Part shown: piece by piece, positions 1 to 12,280 of the stretch
Position numbering within the stretch: position 1 is the stretch's first letter
How the letters are laid out: every line of letters starts with the position of its first letter
Position numbers and translations under genes: made by a program
The notes under the pieces: model-generated
What the model saw: the letters and a program-made list of their open reading frames with translations, nothing else
What the model was told of the DNA's origin: nothing
The model's database searches: none
Assembly (NCBI RefSeq): GCF_964204645.1
Contig: NC_134033.1
Location: forward strand, 16,417,796-16,481,795
Direction of reading: 5' to 3'
Source of the DNA: Tubulanus polymorphus
Taxonomy: Eukaryota > Animalia > Nemertea
DNA: 64,000 nucleotides

Positions 1-1204
1 ATAAATACCCCTGAAATTCTTGAATAAGAGTTGCATTCAACTCATTTAATTCACCCGTCTTCGGATATATTAACACATTACCCAAGTCATCACTATTTGT
101 GAGTCCACATCTAAATATTTCTAATCTACTTTACTAAGTGTAGGTCGTCATGTGGATAAGTGTTATCACATTACCAGCTGAGATCATCAGTATTTCGAGT
201 CCCAATTCTTATTTCCAATTTATACATTACTAACTGTGAGCCATAATTTTGAATCGTCACATTACGGAAGTCACCTCTATTTTGAGTCTCAATTTGTATT
301 TTTCAATTTTCAACTTACTAAATAGGCCATAATTTTGTTGAGTCGTCACACTACTGAAGTTGTCTCCTATTTTACATGTATTTAAAATTCAATTTACTAA
401 GTGAAAGTCGTCATTTGGATTTCGGAATGACTACGAAAACTTCAAAAGTTCCAATGCAGGAACATGTGATATAATGTCCCGTTTTGTATTTAAGCTCCTG
501 GTAAACCGGTGGCTGGCAAGTGGGGATATCCCGGATCGTGCGACTCGCCGATACAATTGATCGAAAATCTGTTCGCTCACATTAACAAAACCGATAAAGT
601 AAGAAATCGAAGAAAATAAATATTCATAATTTTGTCCAAACATATTGGACGACCACACGCACAGTGGGCTTCATAATTTTGTCCAAACATATTGGACGAC
701 CACACGCAGTGGGCTTCAAGATTGTATCCAAATACATTGAACGACAGCACAGTGTAGACTACCCCCCCTCCCTGCCCCATCCCCATAACCAGGCACGGTT
801 GGCTACCCCGCAAAGGAAGACACACAGTCAACACACAGTACACGGTCATAGAACAAAGCTAAGCCGTAAGCACGTGCGACGGCGATCAATGATGACGAAT
901 CTTCGTGAATTTCCACCCGTATATGTCATATATACCGCAAGCTCGGTGATGTAGTCACGTGAGGAGTGATAGTGAAATCCTTTAGATTTTGGCGAAGGCA
1001 CCTCATAGGTGACTGACCCACTGACTAAATTGTCCGCTAGATGGCGAACTAGTCGAAGGTGGCTGCTCTTACAGCACTGGCATGTAGTGTAGAGCTGTCT
1101 TGAGTTGACCCTGGCTCCTTTTCTCTACAACTCTTACGTCAATAGAGACGATGTATTTGTTTTGTGGTGGTTTTTGTATTTGTTTTGTGGTGTTTTCTAC
1201 GTAG

Positions 1205-4200
1205 TTTGATATGATCTATTGGACCGGTGATCTGCCCTCTCACAACGTCTGGAACCAGACTCGTGCGCAACAAATCGCCGTATACAAAACACTGACGAAA
1301 CTGTTCCTGAAATATTTCCCGGGAGTACCGATATACGGGGCTTTAGGAAACCACGAGAGCGCACCTGTAAACAGGTACGTAGGAATGGCATGTTGAAAGT
1401 GTGATTGGATCCAGGACCCAATATTCTAACGGCTTAAACGGCTCTAACAGCTTATCTTACCTCAAAATGTGGAACTGGATCCTGAGTTCAGAGTTAACTC
1501 TAGCTCACAACTTTGTAACTGGAATTAAATAACTGGATCCTGAGTTCAAAACTGTGAATTGAGTTTTGACTCAGATTAACTCATTGGAAATTAACTAATT
1601 TTAACTCAGAGTGATCACTAACTCACGACCGTGGAACTACTGGCCTCTGGATCCTGGAGTTCAGTGTTAACTCACAACTGTGGAACTGGATCCTGAGTTC
1701 TGGGTTAACTCTAACTCACCGATTGTGGAACTTAATCCCCGTGCTAGCCCCCGTGCCATTAACCTCTCTGCGTAACTATCTCATTCCAGTTTTCCTCCGC
1801 CGTTTATAACCGGGGACAACTCGATTCGATGGTTGTACAGCGAAATCGACCAAAGCTGGAGTCATTGGTTACTTGATTCGACCAGACGAACCATCCTCTA
1901 GTAAGTTTAACCCTCTAGCTACATAACTATCAGTCAGAAAAAATGCCGATTTTCACAGCACCAAACAGTCTTGGATTATCATTGAATTCTGAGTTATTTT
2001 CAGCGGTGGTTATTATACGGCTTTGGTGAAACCCGGATTACGAGTGGTGTCGTTAAACATGAATTACTGTAACAATCAGAACTGGTGGTTATTGCTGAAT
2101 TCTACAGACCCGGCTCAAGAATTACAGTGGTTAGTCGATGTATTGCAACACGCCGAGAATAACCACGAAAAGGTATTTCACAGCGGTGCATCCTTCATCG
2201 GCGGGGATTCAAACCTGATGGCATCGTGAGACGCTGCCACGTTCCTCCCTCGGTAGGGATTCGAACCTGATGGCTTCGTCAAACTCTCGGCAGGGGTTCA
2301 ATAGATTCAAATCCCTGTCACGAAAGCTGCATTACAGATTGTCACCTTGACCTTTTGGATCTGTGTATTATCTGTGTAAAAGTAAAATACGTATAAGTAG
2401 TTGTTTTATTCTGTAGGTTCATATCATAGGCCATATTCCGAATGGGAAGTGGGATTGCATGAAACCATGGAGTTGGAACTATTATAACATCATAAACAGG
2501 TATTTGAATAAATTCACCTTTAATAATGTTAGCGAACGAAATACAACTCGAACATTATAGAATCTCAACTGTGCATCTACAGCAGTCCTAACGCTACCGA
2601 GTTTCTGATTCTCAACTCTGCAACTACAGCAGTCCAAACGCTACCGAGTTCCCTGATTCTCAACTCGGTAGAATATTTCATTCGTCCTTCACGTTAAGTA
2701 AATTTCCTTGCTATAAAAATGTTGTATCTTTGTCATTTATGATATCAGAAATAAAAGAACGATATTTTACGGTGTAGACATTATCATGAATGTTGAATTC
2801 ATTCTGTGATATAAAGAACTGAATATATGAATCACAATGGAAGCTCGTGGGTCGGTTTGAAATCTAGCCAACCTTCGAAATTCTATTTATATAGAAAACA
2901 TATAACCGAATTTCAATTCTAGCGGCACGCGTTTTTACGAGCAGTTTCCAGCCGCTGGACAAAAAAGCTTTCGCATGCAATAGCTGGAAATTGCCGCTGG
3001 TAGCTGGAAACCGCTCCCGCAGTTTGGCCGTTTTCACGAGCGTTTTTGGTGGCAGAGCTGGAAACCGCTGTGCTAAGCATTTTTTTCGAGAGGTTTCAAG
3101 CCAGCAATTTCCAGCTGAGAAATTTTGCAGTAGCTTTTTCCAGCTGCCGGGTTTTCCAGCTCGGGTCCAATGGTTCGGTTGTGTTTTCACGAGTGGCAGC
3201 TGGAAACCGCTCGTTAAAACTAGCCTTAACTAACGAACCTACTAAATTCGAGTAGCAAAAACTCGCACTTTTGATAAAATCTTATTAACCCTACGCTTTG
3301 CAGTAAGCCTCACCCATAAAACTCAGATAAGGCCAACTCGGAATTTTTATCTAACTCAGACAACAAACGAAATCGTTTTTTTCTGACTGGCCAACGCATT
3401 TTCCTATCAAGGTTTAATTTTACCACCGGTGCGGCGAGGTTTACTGTAGTATTTGTCTTAACGTTTTACCGCTTCGACATTAGGTTAACGAAAGCTCTTC
3501 TAACGACTCTCCTTATTTTCATGAAAATGTCTAAACCTCGTCACATTTTCAGATACGAGAGCGTCGTCGGCGCTCAGTTCTTCGGCCACACGCATCGCGA
3601 TGAATTCGAGATATTCTACGATTTGTCGAATAAATCGCGAGCGTTGAATATCGCTTACATATCGCCAAGTGTGACTACGTTACCGCGGCTGTTTCCAGGG
3701 TATCGTATTTACACCGTCGATCGACAGCCGTCTGCCATGGTACGTCACGACACCGCACCGCACCACGTGACCTATTATAGTCAGCGCACGCGTTCAACCA
3801 ATCAGCATTCGGCATTAACTTCACACAGGCGCATGCGTGAAGCCCACGCTCTCTCACTCTATCTAGCTTTGTGTTTTGTTTTGGTGATAGGTTATATCAG
3901 TGGACTATAAAACGAATATTCGTTTTAAATGTTTAATTAAGACTAAAAGAATCGATACCTTGTTTCTCCGCTCTACTGAGCTTTAAAGTTGACCCGACCG
4001 GCCGCCTATCTACCCTGTATATTACTATTTTAAAAATGGTGATCAATTTTACCATAACAGACCCGGCCGCTATAGAAATGAGCTGATTACAAATTCCATT
4101 ACATTTTACAAAAAATAGCCCGCTGCGAAGAAACAAGGTATCATTTTTGTTTAGCCTCATGATTAGTTTGTTTTTCACACAGTGTGTGCTACACTTTTTT

Positions 4201-6617
4201 GACGGACAATCAAAATGCACATTTTAACTTGACAAAATGCACATTTAACCATTCATAGTCCATGATTTGATTATCATAGATTGTCTAAATTAGGCACGGG
4301 CCAAAATCGTCTCCGAGCGATCGAGGCTTATGTCCACTGGTAAATGAACCCTAACCCAACAGTATTAAGAGAATCAAACAACAATGATTAATAATATAAA
4401 GTTCGAAAATGTCTCCCTAAACTTGTATAGTTCATTCAAAGTCTCGACCATCCTAATTATAGTCACATCTTCAGGAAAACTGTATTCCTTGAACTAGTGT
4501 AGTTTATTCAACGTTTCGACCATATCCTAATAGTCATCTTCAGGAATACTGTATTCCTTGAGCTAGTGTAGTTTATTCAACGTTTCGACTATATCCTAAT
4601 AGTCATCTTCAGGAATACTGTATTCCTTGAACTAGTGTAGTTTATTCAACGTTTCGACTATATCCTAATAGTCATCTTCAGGAATACTGTATTCCTTGAG
4701 CTAGTGTAGTTTATTCGACGTTTCGACTATATCCTAATAGTCATCTTCAGGAATACTGTATTCCTTGAGCTAGTAGTTCATTCAACGACTATATCCTAAT
4801 AGTCACATCTTCAGGAAAATTGTATTCCTTGAGCTAGTGTAGTTTATTCAACGTTTCGACTATATCCTAATAGTCATCTTCAGGAATACTGTATTCCTTG
4901 AGCTAGTAGTTCATTCAACGACTATATCCTAATAGTCACATCTTCAGGAAAATTGTATTCCTTGAGCTAGTGTAGTTTATTCAACGTTTCGACTTTTTCC
5001 TGAAAGTCATCTTTAGGAATACTGTATTCCTTGAGCTAGTGTAGTTTATTCAACGTTTCGACTATATCCTAATAGTCATCTTCAGGAATACTGTATTCCT
5101 TGAGCTAGTGTAGTTTATTCAACGTTTCGACCATATCCTGATAGTCATCTTCAGGAATACTGTATTCCTTGAACTAGTGTAGTTTATTCAACGTTTCGAC
5201 TTTACCCAGCTCAGTCATTCTCGAGAACACTGAATTTTTCGTCATTATTGTGGGATTCTCTTCATATCTGTATCGTCACAACACGGATATATTGGCTTAT
5301 CTATGGTTAACTCTAAGCCACCTTTCGAGCAACTGGCCCTGGGTTTATCTATACTGGTAGATTTTAGAATGGTTGCGGGGTTCTTCTATTGGCACAACTG
5401 AGAACCTTTAGATTCCTGTACAAATGTCCTGCATGCACCACTCTCTATATCCTACCTATATTTCCAGATATGAAGGCACGGTAGCCGGTCAATTTTTCGG
5501 TCACACGCACAAAGACGAATTCGAAATATTCTACGATCAAAATGACGTCAGACGAGCGAATAATATAGTTTTTATATCGCCCAGTATCACCCCTTTTACT
5601 GCGACCCCTAATTATACTCTTAACTCCGGGTATCGCATTTATACCGTGGATAATACAATACGAAAGGTAAATAACGATGACCCAACTAACATTTATTTAC
5701 AGTAAACCTCGCCCTAACCTCGGACAAACCGGGACCGGTGGAAAAATTGATCCGGGGTTAGTGAAGACAGCGTTAATGATCGGAAGATACGTTTATGAAG
5801 TTGGTGAAACATCAAAATGTGATGTTTCAGTCCGAGTTTGAGACGAACGTCGAAAATTGATTTCATAAGGCGAGGTTTACTGTTGATACGTCTAACTCAT
5901 CCTCGCTTGCCAGGGTTTGATTGCCTCTCGCCGAGCCCATACCCTGGCCGCAGACCCTTCATTGGTATATTACATCGCCCAAGATTTCACGAGTGGACAG
6001 GTCACCGCTAAGCGGCCACCAGTCCATACGTCTAGCCATTCAGATGCGTTGTTTTCACCGGCAGATACGCTCTACCAATTTGGTCGACAACTGTACGTAA
6101 TTCGTGTTTCTGAATCAGAAAACCAAAATGTCCGTTACATCATTTCAGGATGTTTTGGATCATGAAACGTATATATTGAACATCACTGAAGCGAATATCT
6201 CCAACGACCCTAAATGGGTCCTCGAATACAAAGCTAAGGTAAGCGTCGCTACAAAATGGAGGATTCGATGTTTTAACCGTATTCAAATTCTAGATTTATG
6301 TCGATATTCGTCCTCGACTACTTCTTTATAGGACGCTTACGGTATGACATCATTGTACCCACGTGACTGGGATAAACTCGTGCAGCGAATGAAAACGGAC
6401 GACGAATCGTGGAATAAATTCCAAACGTAACGTTTTAAAACACCGATCAGGTTCGAATCCCAGCGTGTGTAAAGTCACGAATTTTTTTTTCACATTTTGC
6501 AGATACTACGTGAAGTCTTCGGATTCGTCAGCTCGATGCGAGGGCAGCGCCTGTCGACACAGCATGCTATGTGCTTTACAGACTGGACGGTCACACGATC
6601 AAACGTTCTGTAACTAA
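1205..6617 (+). CDS. SMPD1: Acid sphingomyelinase / sphingomyelin phosphodiesterase (SMPD1-like), 3' portion; the N-terminal exons lie upstream of the window or were not recognised
   Basis: Exons, all GT-AG and frame-continuous: 1205-1374, 1790-1900, 2004-2172, 2417-2499, [3553-3739 OR 5468-5666], 6149-6238, 6332-6426, 6503-6617 (TAA). Metallophosphoesterase motifs [25 protein letters not shown] and QFFGHTH are present, plus ASM-typical LNMNYC..NWWLL, DHETY.LN.TEAN and a Cys-rich C-terminus. AATAAA at 6711. Confidence 0.93.
3553..3739 (+). CDS. Sphingomyelinase alternative catalytic exon A ([23 protein letters not shown]...[14 protein letters not shown])
   Basis: ttttcag acceptor and ATG|gtacgt donor; 187 nt, completes the split Arg codon and ends in phase 0; open frame. 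Confidence 0.88.
3952..4160. repeat. Dispersed repeat; second copy at ~20362-20570, fragments at ~23660-23725 and ~26170-26290
   Basis: gataccttgtttctccgctct.ctgagctt.aa.gttgaccc..ccggccgcctatctaccct is shared between the copies. Confidence 0.8.
4433..5232 (-). ncRNA. Tandem array (~12 x 69 bp) of minimal type I hammerhead ribozyme motifs, Penelope-like-element type
   Basis: Minus-strand unit: UAUUC-CUGAAGA-U-GACUAU(UAGGAU)AUAGUC-GAAA-CG-UU-GAAUA, i.e. helix I, conserved core, helix II hairpin, GAAA, palindromic ACGU in place of helix III, UH site, helix I partner. Intact 44-nt motifs start on + at 4505, 4574, 4643, 4712, 4845, 5047 and 5116. Confidence 0.82.
5468..5666 (+). CDS. Sphingomyelinase alternative catalytic exon B ([23 protein letters not shown]...[13 protein letters not shown])
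   Basis: tttccag acceptor and AAG|gtaaat donor; 199 nt, same phases as exon A; open frame. Confidence 0.88.
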
Positions 6618-7349
6618 GCAACCTCGAGACGTCCATTGCCGGAGAACTGGGTCAATGATCTTTTTTAGAAATAGTTTGATTATGTCTTTCATATCACATC
6701 ATTAAGGAAAAATAAATTTCGTTTGACAAATTATGGATTTTTTTGACTGACTCATCCGATACAAACGATTATCCGATTTACGTGTTTCGTCTACCAAACT
6801 GATCCAGGGGTATCTGACCTTTTTACTATAACTGCAACGTCAATAATTGTCTGACTGGCTCCACCTGGCGGATAAGTAACGTTCCCATCGTCGTAAAAGA
6901 AACGGCAGTAGAACAAATGCACAAACACTGATTTGTTTATAACATTGAATTTATTTTCATTGCTACAGTTTATAAACTAGTCGCTAGGTGGCACGATGTA
7001 CGCTATTTATCCAGATCAGATTTTGATATTTCATTCAAATACATCTCACACTACAGAAGCAAGTGTTAATATATATATTCTAGTAATAATTCATATATTT
7101 CAACGAGATGAGTAGTACTTTAAATGTTAACTATTTATTTCATTTGACTTTCGCTATAAGTTTCATCACGGGTGAATGATGAATCCACTATTCTCTAGTA
7201 GAGGAGAGCTCGTGTATCGAATAAACTAGTTAATCTATAAAGTACTATCCATCTCGTATTTATTCTATACCCGGTTATCACGACTCCTCTTCTCACGTAT
7301 TTCATACTAATCGATTGTTCCAAAATGGCTTATATCATATATCATTCTG

Positions 7350-7452
7350 GACCCAGTTCCACAGTTGTGAATTAGAGTTAACTCTTAGTTAAAATTAGTT
7401 CATTTTCAATGACTCTGAGTCAAATCTTAACTCACGACTGTGGAACTGGGTC
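7350..7452. mobile_element. Palindromic MITE (ggacccagttccacag TIR family) in the Ly6-like 3'UTR
   Basis: ggacccagttccacagt ... actgtggaactgggtcc; fragments of the same family at 1468-1735 and 34070-34390. Confidence 0.7.
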
Positions 7453-7727
7453 CAGAGGTCTAATTTCTACCCTTACCCTTACTAACCTTAACGTGAGTCT
7501 TTAAATTCGTTGAAAATGGAAAAGTACCGGTGCTACACGAAAACAAAAACTACGAAAAAAATGTTACAAAAACAACGACAAAAATGGATAACTACAAATG
7601 TTATAGTACATTGGAGTAGAACTTAAGTCCTGCTTTCATAACTAAGTCTGACTTTTAAACTAATATTTAAGTCCTACATTAGAAATAACTTTAAGACTTG
7701 TCATTCGCTGAAATATTCTAGTAAAAC

Positions 7728-8787
7728 CTAAATTCTGCTGATTACGGCCGCCGCTAAGGTAACGACGAGCGTCGCTACGGACATCCGTGACGCAGTAGCG
7801 CTGTTGCACCAGTCACTCTCATCGCAACACACGGGGGTTTCTACAGTGGCTACTTGAGAGGCTGCTGGGACTGACGTTGCTCCTGTTAGAACGGCGTAGG
7901 CGTGGGTTTTTATATCGTTCTCGAAGCCTGTCTTCGCCTCGGCCACGTTATACTTGTAAGCGTCGTCATCGCATTTCATGGCTTCTACACAGTCTCGTAG
8001 CACGTAATTGATACCATTAGCCTTGCCTTTCATAATCTGCAATCATAAGAGACATTATTTCATAGTTGTCAGATTCATCATACATTATACGTCATAAACA
8101 GGGGCTCGTATTTGAAGTTTGGGTGTGAACTGTAGCTTAAATCATCCAGTATCCCAGGGTACAGATCATCCTTGTAGTACGAGGGATACTGGGTGATCTA
8201 AGCTACTACAGGAGGGTTAAAACAACGCAACGGATCTGAAAACGGAACCTGTAGTCCTGGTTCCATAGATATCTGCATTCATTTTGACTAAGTCCATGTA
8301 AAAATGTGTAGTTTAATGTAATTTTAGATCACTTACTACGGCTACGTGTTGATCACCACCAGCACCAAGACCACATGGTCTACCGAGCAAGTTCATATAG
8401 CCGGCTTCGGTGGCGTGAGCTGCCTCGTGTATCGACGGTTGTCCATCAAAGCATGCCTTATACCCGTGTGTTTTATGGGCAGCATTGGCCTTATCGGAGC
8501 CCTTACACTGGTATACTAAAAGTGGAGAACCCGCGCGTTGTCCTGAAATGAAATAACTGACATTGAATGCAGGAAAGCATATTCGAGTTTATTCGCTTCA
8601 TTTTCAATAAGCCTGCGTACGTAGTTGATTTTGAATCAAAACCGAACTCACAACTGTAGAAACACTTGAGTCGTTTCTGTTCAACTAGTTGAAATAGAAA
8701 AATAAATCATCAGTTTTAAATTTTAATCTTACCTTGCGCCATCAGAACGAGGCAGCAGAGGGCGGAGATACATAAAACTAACTTCAT
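7728..8787 (-). CDS. GPI-anchored Ly6/uPAR (three-finger, quiver/sleepless-like) protein, 189 aa
   Basis: Exons 8787-8733 (signal peptide MKLVLCISALCCLVLMAQ), 8542-8337 and 8036-7728; GT-AG, in frame. C-terminal CCDESDWCN motif followed by S-A and a hydrophobic tail (GPI signal). Minus-strand AATAAA at 6950-6955. Confidence 0.85.
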
Positions 8788-8846
8788 CTCGTAGAATTCA
8801 AGTCTTCACTTTGTGTGGTGTTGCAACCAAAAGATCTCACGAACCA

Positions 8847-8883
8847 AACTGATTCGAACACCGGAATACTCGGTTCTTAAATA
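8847..8883 (-). promoter_or_regulatory. Candidate core promoter of the Ly6-like gene (TATA-like box plus Inr)
   Basis: Minus strand reads TATTTAAG (8883-8876) about 33 nt before TCAGTT (8852-8847), roughly 60 nt upstream of the ATG. Confidence 0.5.
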
Positions 8884-10806
8884 GTTAACCTATCCATTGC
8901 TTGGTTACTAGAACTGTTTATTGTAGCAACAGGACCAGTTTTCATTTTGCTGCAACGAAAGTGGGCGGTTACAAAACTTCATCTGCATATGTTTGATGTG
9001 TTCCATAGCTCAGTTACGTCACGTGAACCAGTTCGGTCGGATCTTTTTTTTCATGATTTTTTCTTAATCCCAGAGTTTAACAGGGTGCAATGGCAAACAC
9101 GACAGTAAACACAAAATGAAACTTGAAATAACGAGACAATAACGTTCCTGTCTACGCTTCTCCAGGCCCGTGCCGGGAGGGGGAATGTTTTCTGGGCAAA
9201 GGTACGAACCCCCTAAAGTTTTCAAAGTGCCCTTCAAAAAGTCAGTGACAAAAAATTCGAGTCAAGAATTTCATCGATATTTGGATACAATTTTCATGTT
9301 TTTTTGTGGTATATGGAAAGTAATAGATTCTCAAATAATCTATTAAGGTACCCGGGCACTTCATATTATAGGTTCTTTTTCATTAGGAAAGTGTCCCTTC
9401 TCACGGAGAAACCCGAAAAGGGCGGTTCTTTATATAGGATATACCATTGATATTTGCAAAAGGGCACCAAAATTCCCCCCTCCGCTAAATAGGGAAATGA
9501 CATGTCTCAACGCTGGAGGCTTAATATCTAGATGAAAATCAATTGAAAATGAAGCAAATTTTGTTTGAATTGTCATTGCCTTATTGTTAAGCAGCCCATC
9601 TGACGGAATAACAAATCTAAAAGATACCAGTCCAGCCTTATACTTGAATCCTGACTATTGAACCGGCCATTGGATCGTTACCGTCAACACAAAAAAAATC
9701 AACATGTTCCAGCGTCGTGAAAAGCCGTTCACTGCTTGGGCATGTTTCGGATAAAAAAAATTTATTCCAAATAAATATTCCGTGTATGTCATCAAACTAT
9801 AAGGTTTCAAGCGTGTTTACGTATTAAGCGAGGGCTTGGGGTCTTCCTGACGATGAATTTAATATTTCTTAAATGCGTCGTAAAACACTGGTCTGTCTGA
9901 CATCATAAATGAAATGAATTCCACATTTCTATGAACGTCTACGTCGTAAAATTTTGGTCTTTCTGACATCGTTATAATGAAAAGAATTCTGCATTTAAGA
10001 AAATTCAGTAAATGCGAAAACAAAGGTTGAACACGGCTGGCAGCGATCACGGGTTTTCTGCATTAACGATTCCGTTGTACGGATCGTAAGGCCCATTCTT
10101 CAGAGATGGTTCTTGCCAAGAGAAAAATGTAATGTTTCAACACAGATCAAACGGTTCAAAGGTTTTTGTTCTGAGTTTATTATTTTCGGATAAAACTATG
10201 AGCCACGAGGAGTGTGAAAACACTGAATGTAATGTTTCAACAATCAATAAAGTATCAATTGCATTGATTTGAACTGAATTTCAATTGAATAATTTGTCCC
10301 GCTAGACGGAGCTGTTGTAGATAGATAGAGGCCACAACAGAAAGCTATTTCTCTCTCCTTTTATTAATTGTGCCTATTTAGAAATTGTAAATTTTATTGT
10401 TTGTTTGTTTGTTTTTTCTCTCAATTTCTGTACATGCGGCCTGCCATGCTTTCCATTAAATAAATTTGAACTTGAACTTGAACCAGACGTCGTCACTGAG
10501 TAAGGCCGGAAGTAATTCGCCGCCATAATATGCTCAACCCCGAGGGGTGTCGCAATAAAGTGTTGATCAAATATAGTCATGTTTTAGAGTAAAGTTATTC
10601 AGTACCCTAATTCAGGGGCCAGTTTTACAGTTAATACCAGGACCTGAAGATAAGCAAGAACGCGTACGGTAGCAGAATAAAACACTTTTATTAGTGTAAT
10701 CTGTAGACGAGTTTTTGTGTAAAATTATGTTGAGAAATAATGGCTTGATTTGGTAGAATAACCACACTCAGGCGTGGAGAACGGGTAATTATTTCAAAAC
10801 CGAGTA

Positions 10807-10971
10807 CAGTGTAACCTCGTTATAACGAACTCAGATACAATGATTCATTGGTTATAACAAATATAGAATTTCGTCCCAAGTAAGAAAATTTGATACTGGA
10901 TACAACGAAGTATCGGTTATAACAGAGAGATTTTCTGGTCCCGTGAAGTTCGTCGTAACCAGGTTCCGCTG
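10807..10971. mobile_element. Tc1/mariner (pogo/Tigger-like) MITE
   Basis: TA|cagtgtaacctcgttataacgaact ... agttcgtcgtaaccaggttccgctg|TA. Similar CAGT-ended elements at 5700-5882 and 3301-3446. Confidence 0.72.
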
Positions 10972-12225
10972 TATATACAAAATTCTAAACGATTAAAATC
11001 GAATTTTTATCTCGATTCCAAACTAGGTTTCAAATTTATTAATGGCTTGATTCGAAGAAAAATGCATTTTCAAATGTACTTTTCATTTTGGAGATCTAAA
11101 ACGAGTTTCTGTAAACAAAAAAGAGACACGTATGTGATTTAAGGATTGGGTTCATAAAACCTCTTCAACGTTCTTAAAAATGAATAACTGGTAAAGACTT
11201 CGTAAAAACTGGTTGTACTTCGAAGGTCGATTAGATGTACTTTAACCGACGAACCTTTGGGGTGAATACATTTACTAGATGAAGCTTCTATGCCCCGCGA
11301 AATCTCTGAAATTAACCTGCACAGTCTACAGTGGAACCTCGTTAGTACGATGTCTGCGGTAAATTGAAAAATCATCGTACTAACTGAATTTCGCATTAAC
11401 CGCTTTATAAAAACGATTTTATATTACCTTAAAATATTAACAGGACACCCCATAAAGAAGTTTATTGCACGTGTGTTCAGCGCCACAACACAATAGATAG
11501 CCCAGACGAAGCATAAATAATGCGGACGAGTTCAAATCTTAAAAAGTTCAAATTTATGGGAACTCATTAATGAACTATCGCGTACTAAACTTTTTTTTTA
11601 CCGTAGCAATGAATGGGAGCGGCCACGTCGTATTACCCGGAATCTCGTGTATTAACGTGATCGCTCTGAGCGATTCTAAAATTCACCATTATTACTGAGG
11701 TTTTCGTTTACAGCCGAATCGTACTCGAATAGTATAAATGATAATAATAATAATAGTAATTTATTTACTTATAAAGCGCATTTCTATAAAACATAATCAT
11801 TGCACTTCACATTATTAAAACAGATGAGACAGAAGCAGATTAAAACACTAATTGTACAGGTTTCTAAAATAAAACGTTTTTAAACGTGATTTAAAACATG
11901 AGACAGTTGGACTTTCACGAATTTCCTTTCACAAATCGACTCGTAATAGTGCTCTTATCATAACCGAAACGAAACATTTTAAATGCGATTTTTACTCTCT
12001 CTGAGTCCGAATTACGCGTCGGACTCAAACCCACATTTTTTGGTGTAATCAAAATCTAGAAGTAGATTAAACTAATTTTCAATTACGTCCTTAACTTTTC
12101 ATGAAATCCCAACTCATAAGTGTTGATGCCTCCTTACTGCTCTTACCATGATTTCTAAAATTACCAGTTAATTTTACAACTACTAGTTTAAAAAGGAATT
12201 AAACAGTTGAAAGTTTTAATCTTAC

Positions 12226-12280
12226 CTTCTATCTTCAGGACGAGGCAGCAGAGAGCGGAGATAGATAAAACTAACTTCAT
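12226..12280 (-). CDS. Duplicated signal-peptide first exon of the Ly6-like gene (MKLVLSISALCCLVLKIE); alternative first exon or relic
   Basis: Same 55-nt length, ATG, phase-1 G|gtaag donor and flanking 5'UTR as 8733-8787; homology spans about 12210-12396 versus 8720-8906. Confidence 0.65.

Noticed and set aside
3933-4220. Similar ORFs at 3933-4220 and 20344-20592 as a small gene family
   Set aside because: Both lie in introns and correspond to a dispersed repeat; no recognisable protein and no consistent start.
4433-5232. CRISPR array
   Set aside because: The units are contiguous repeats without unique spacers, the context is a eukaryotic intron, and there are no cas genes.
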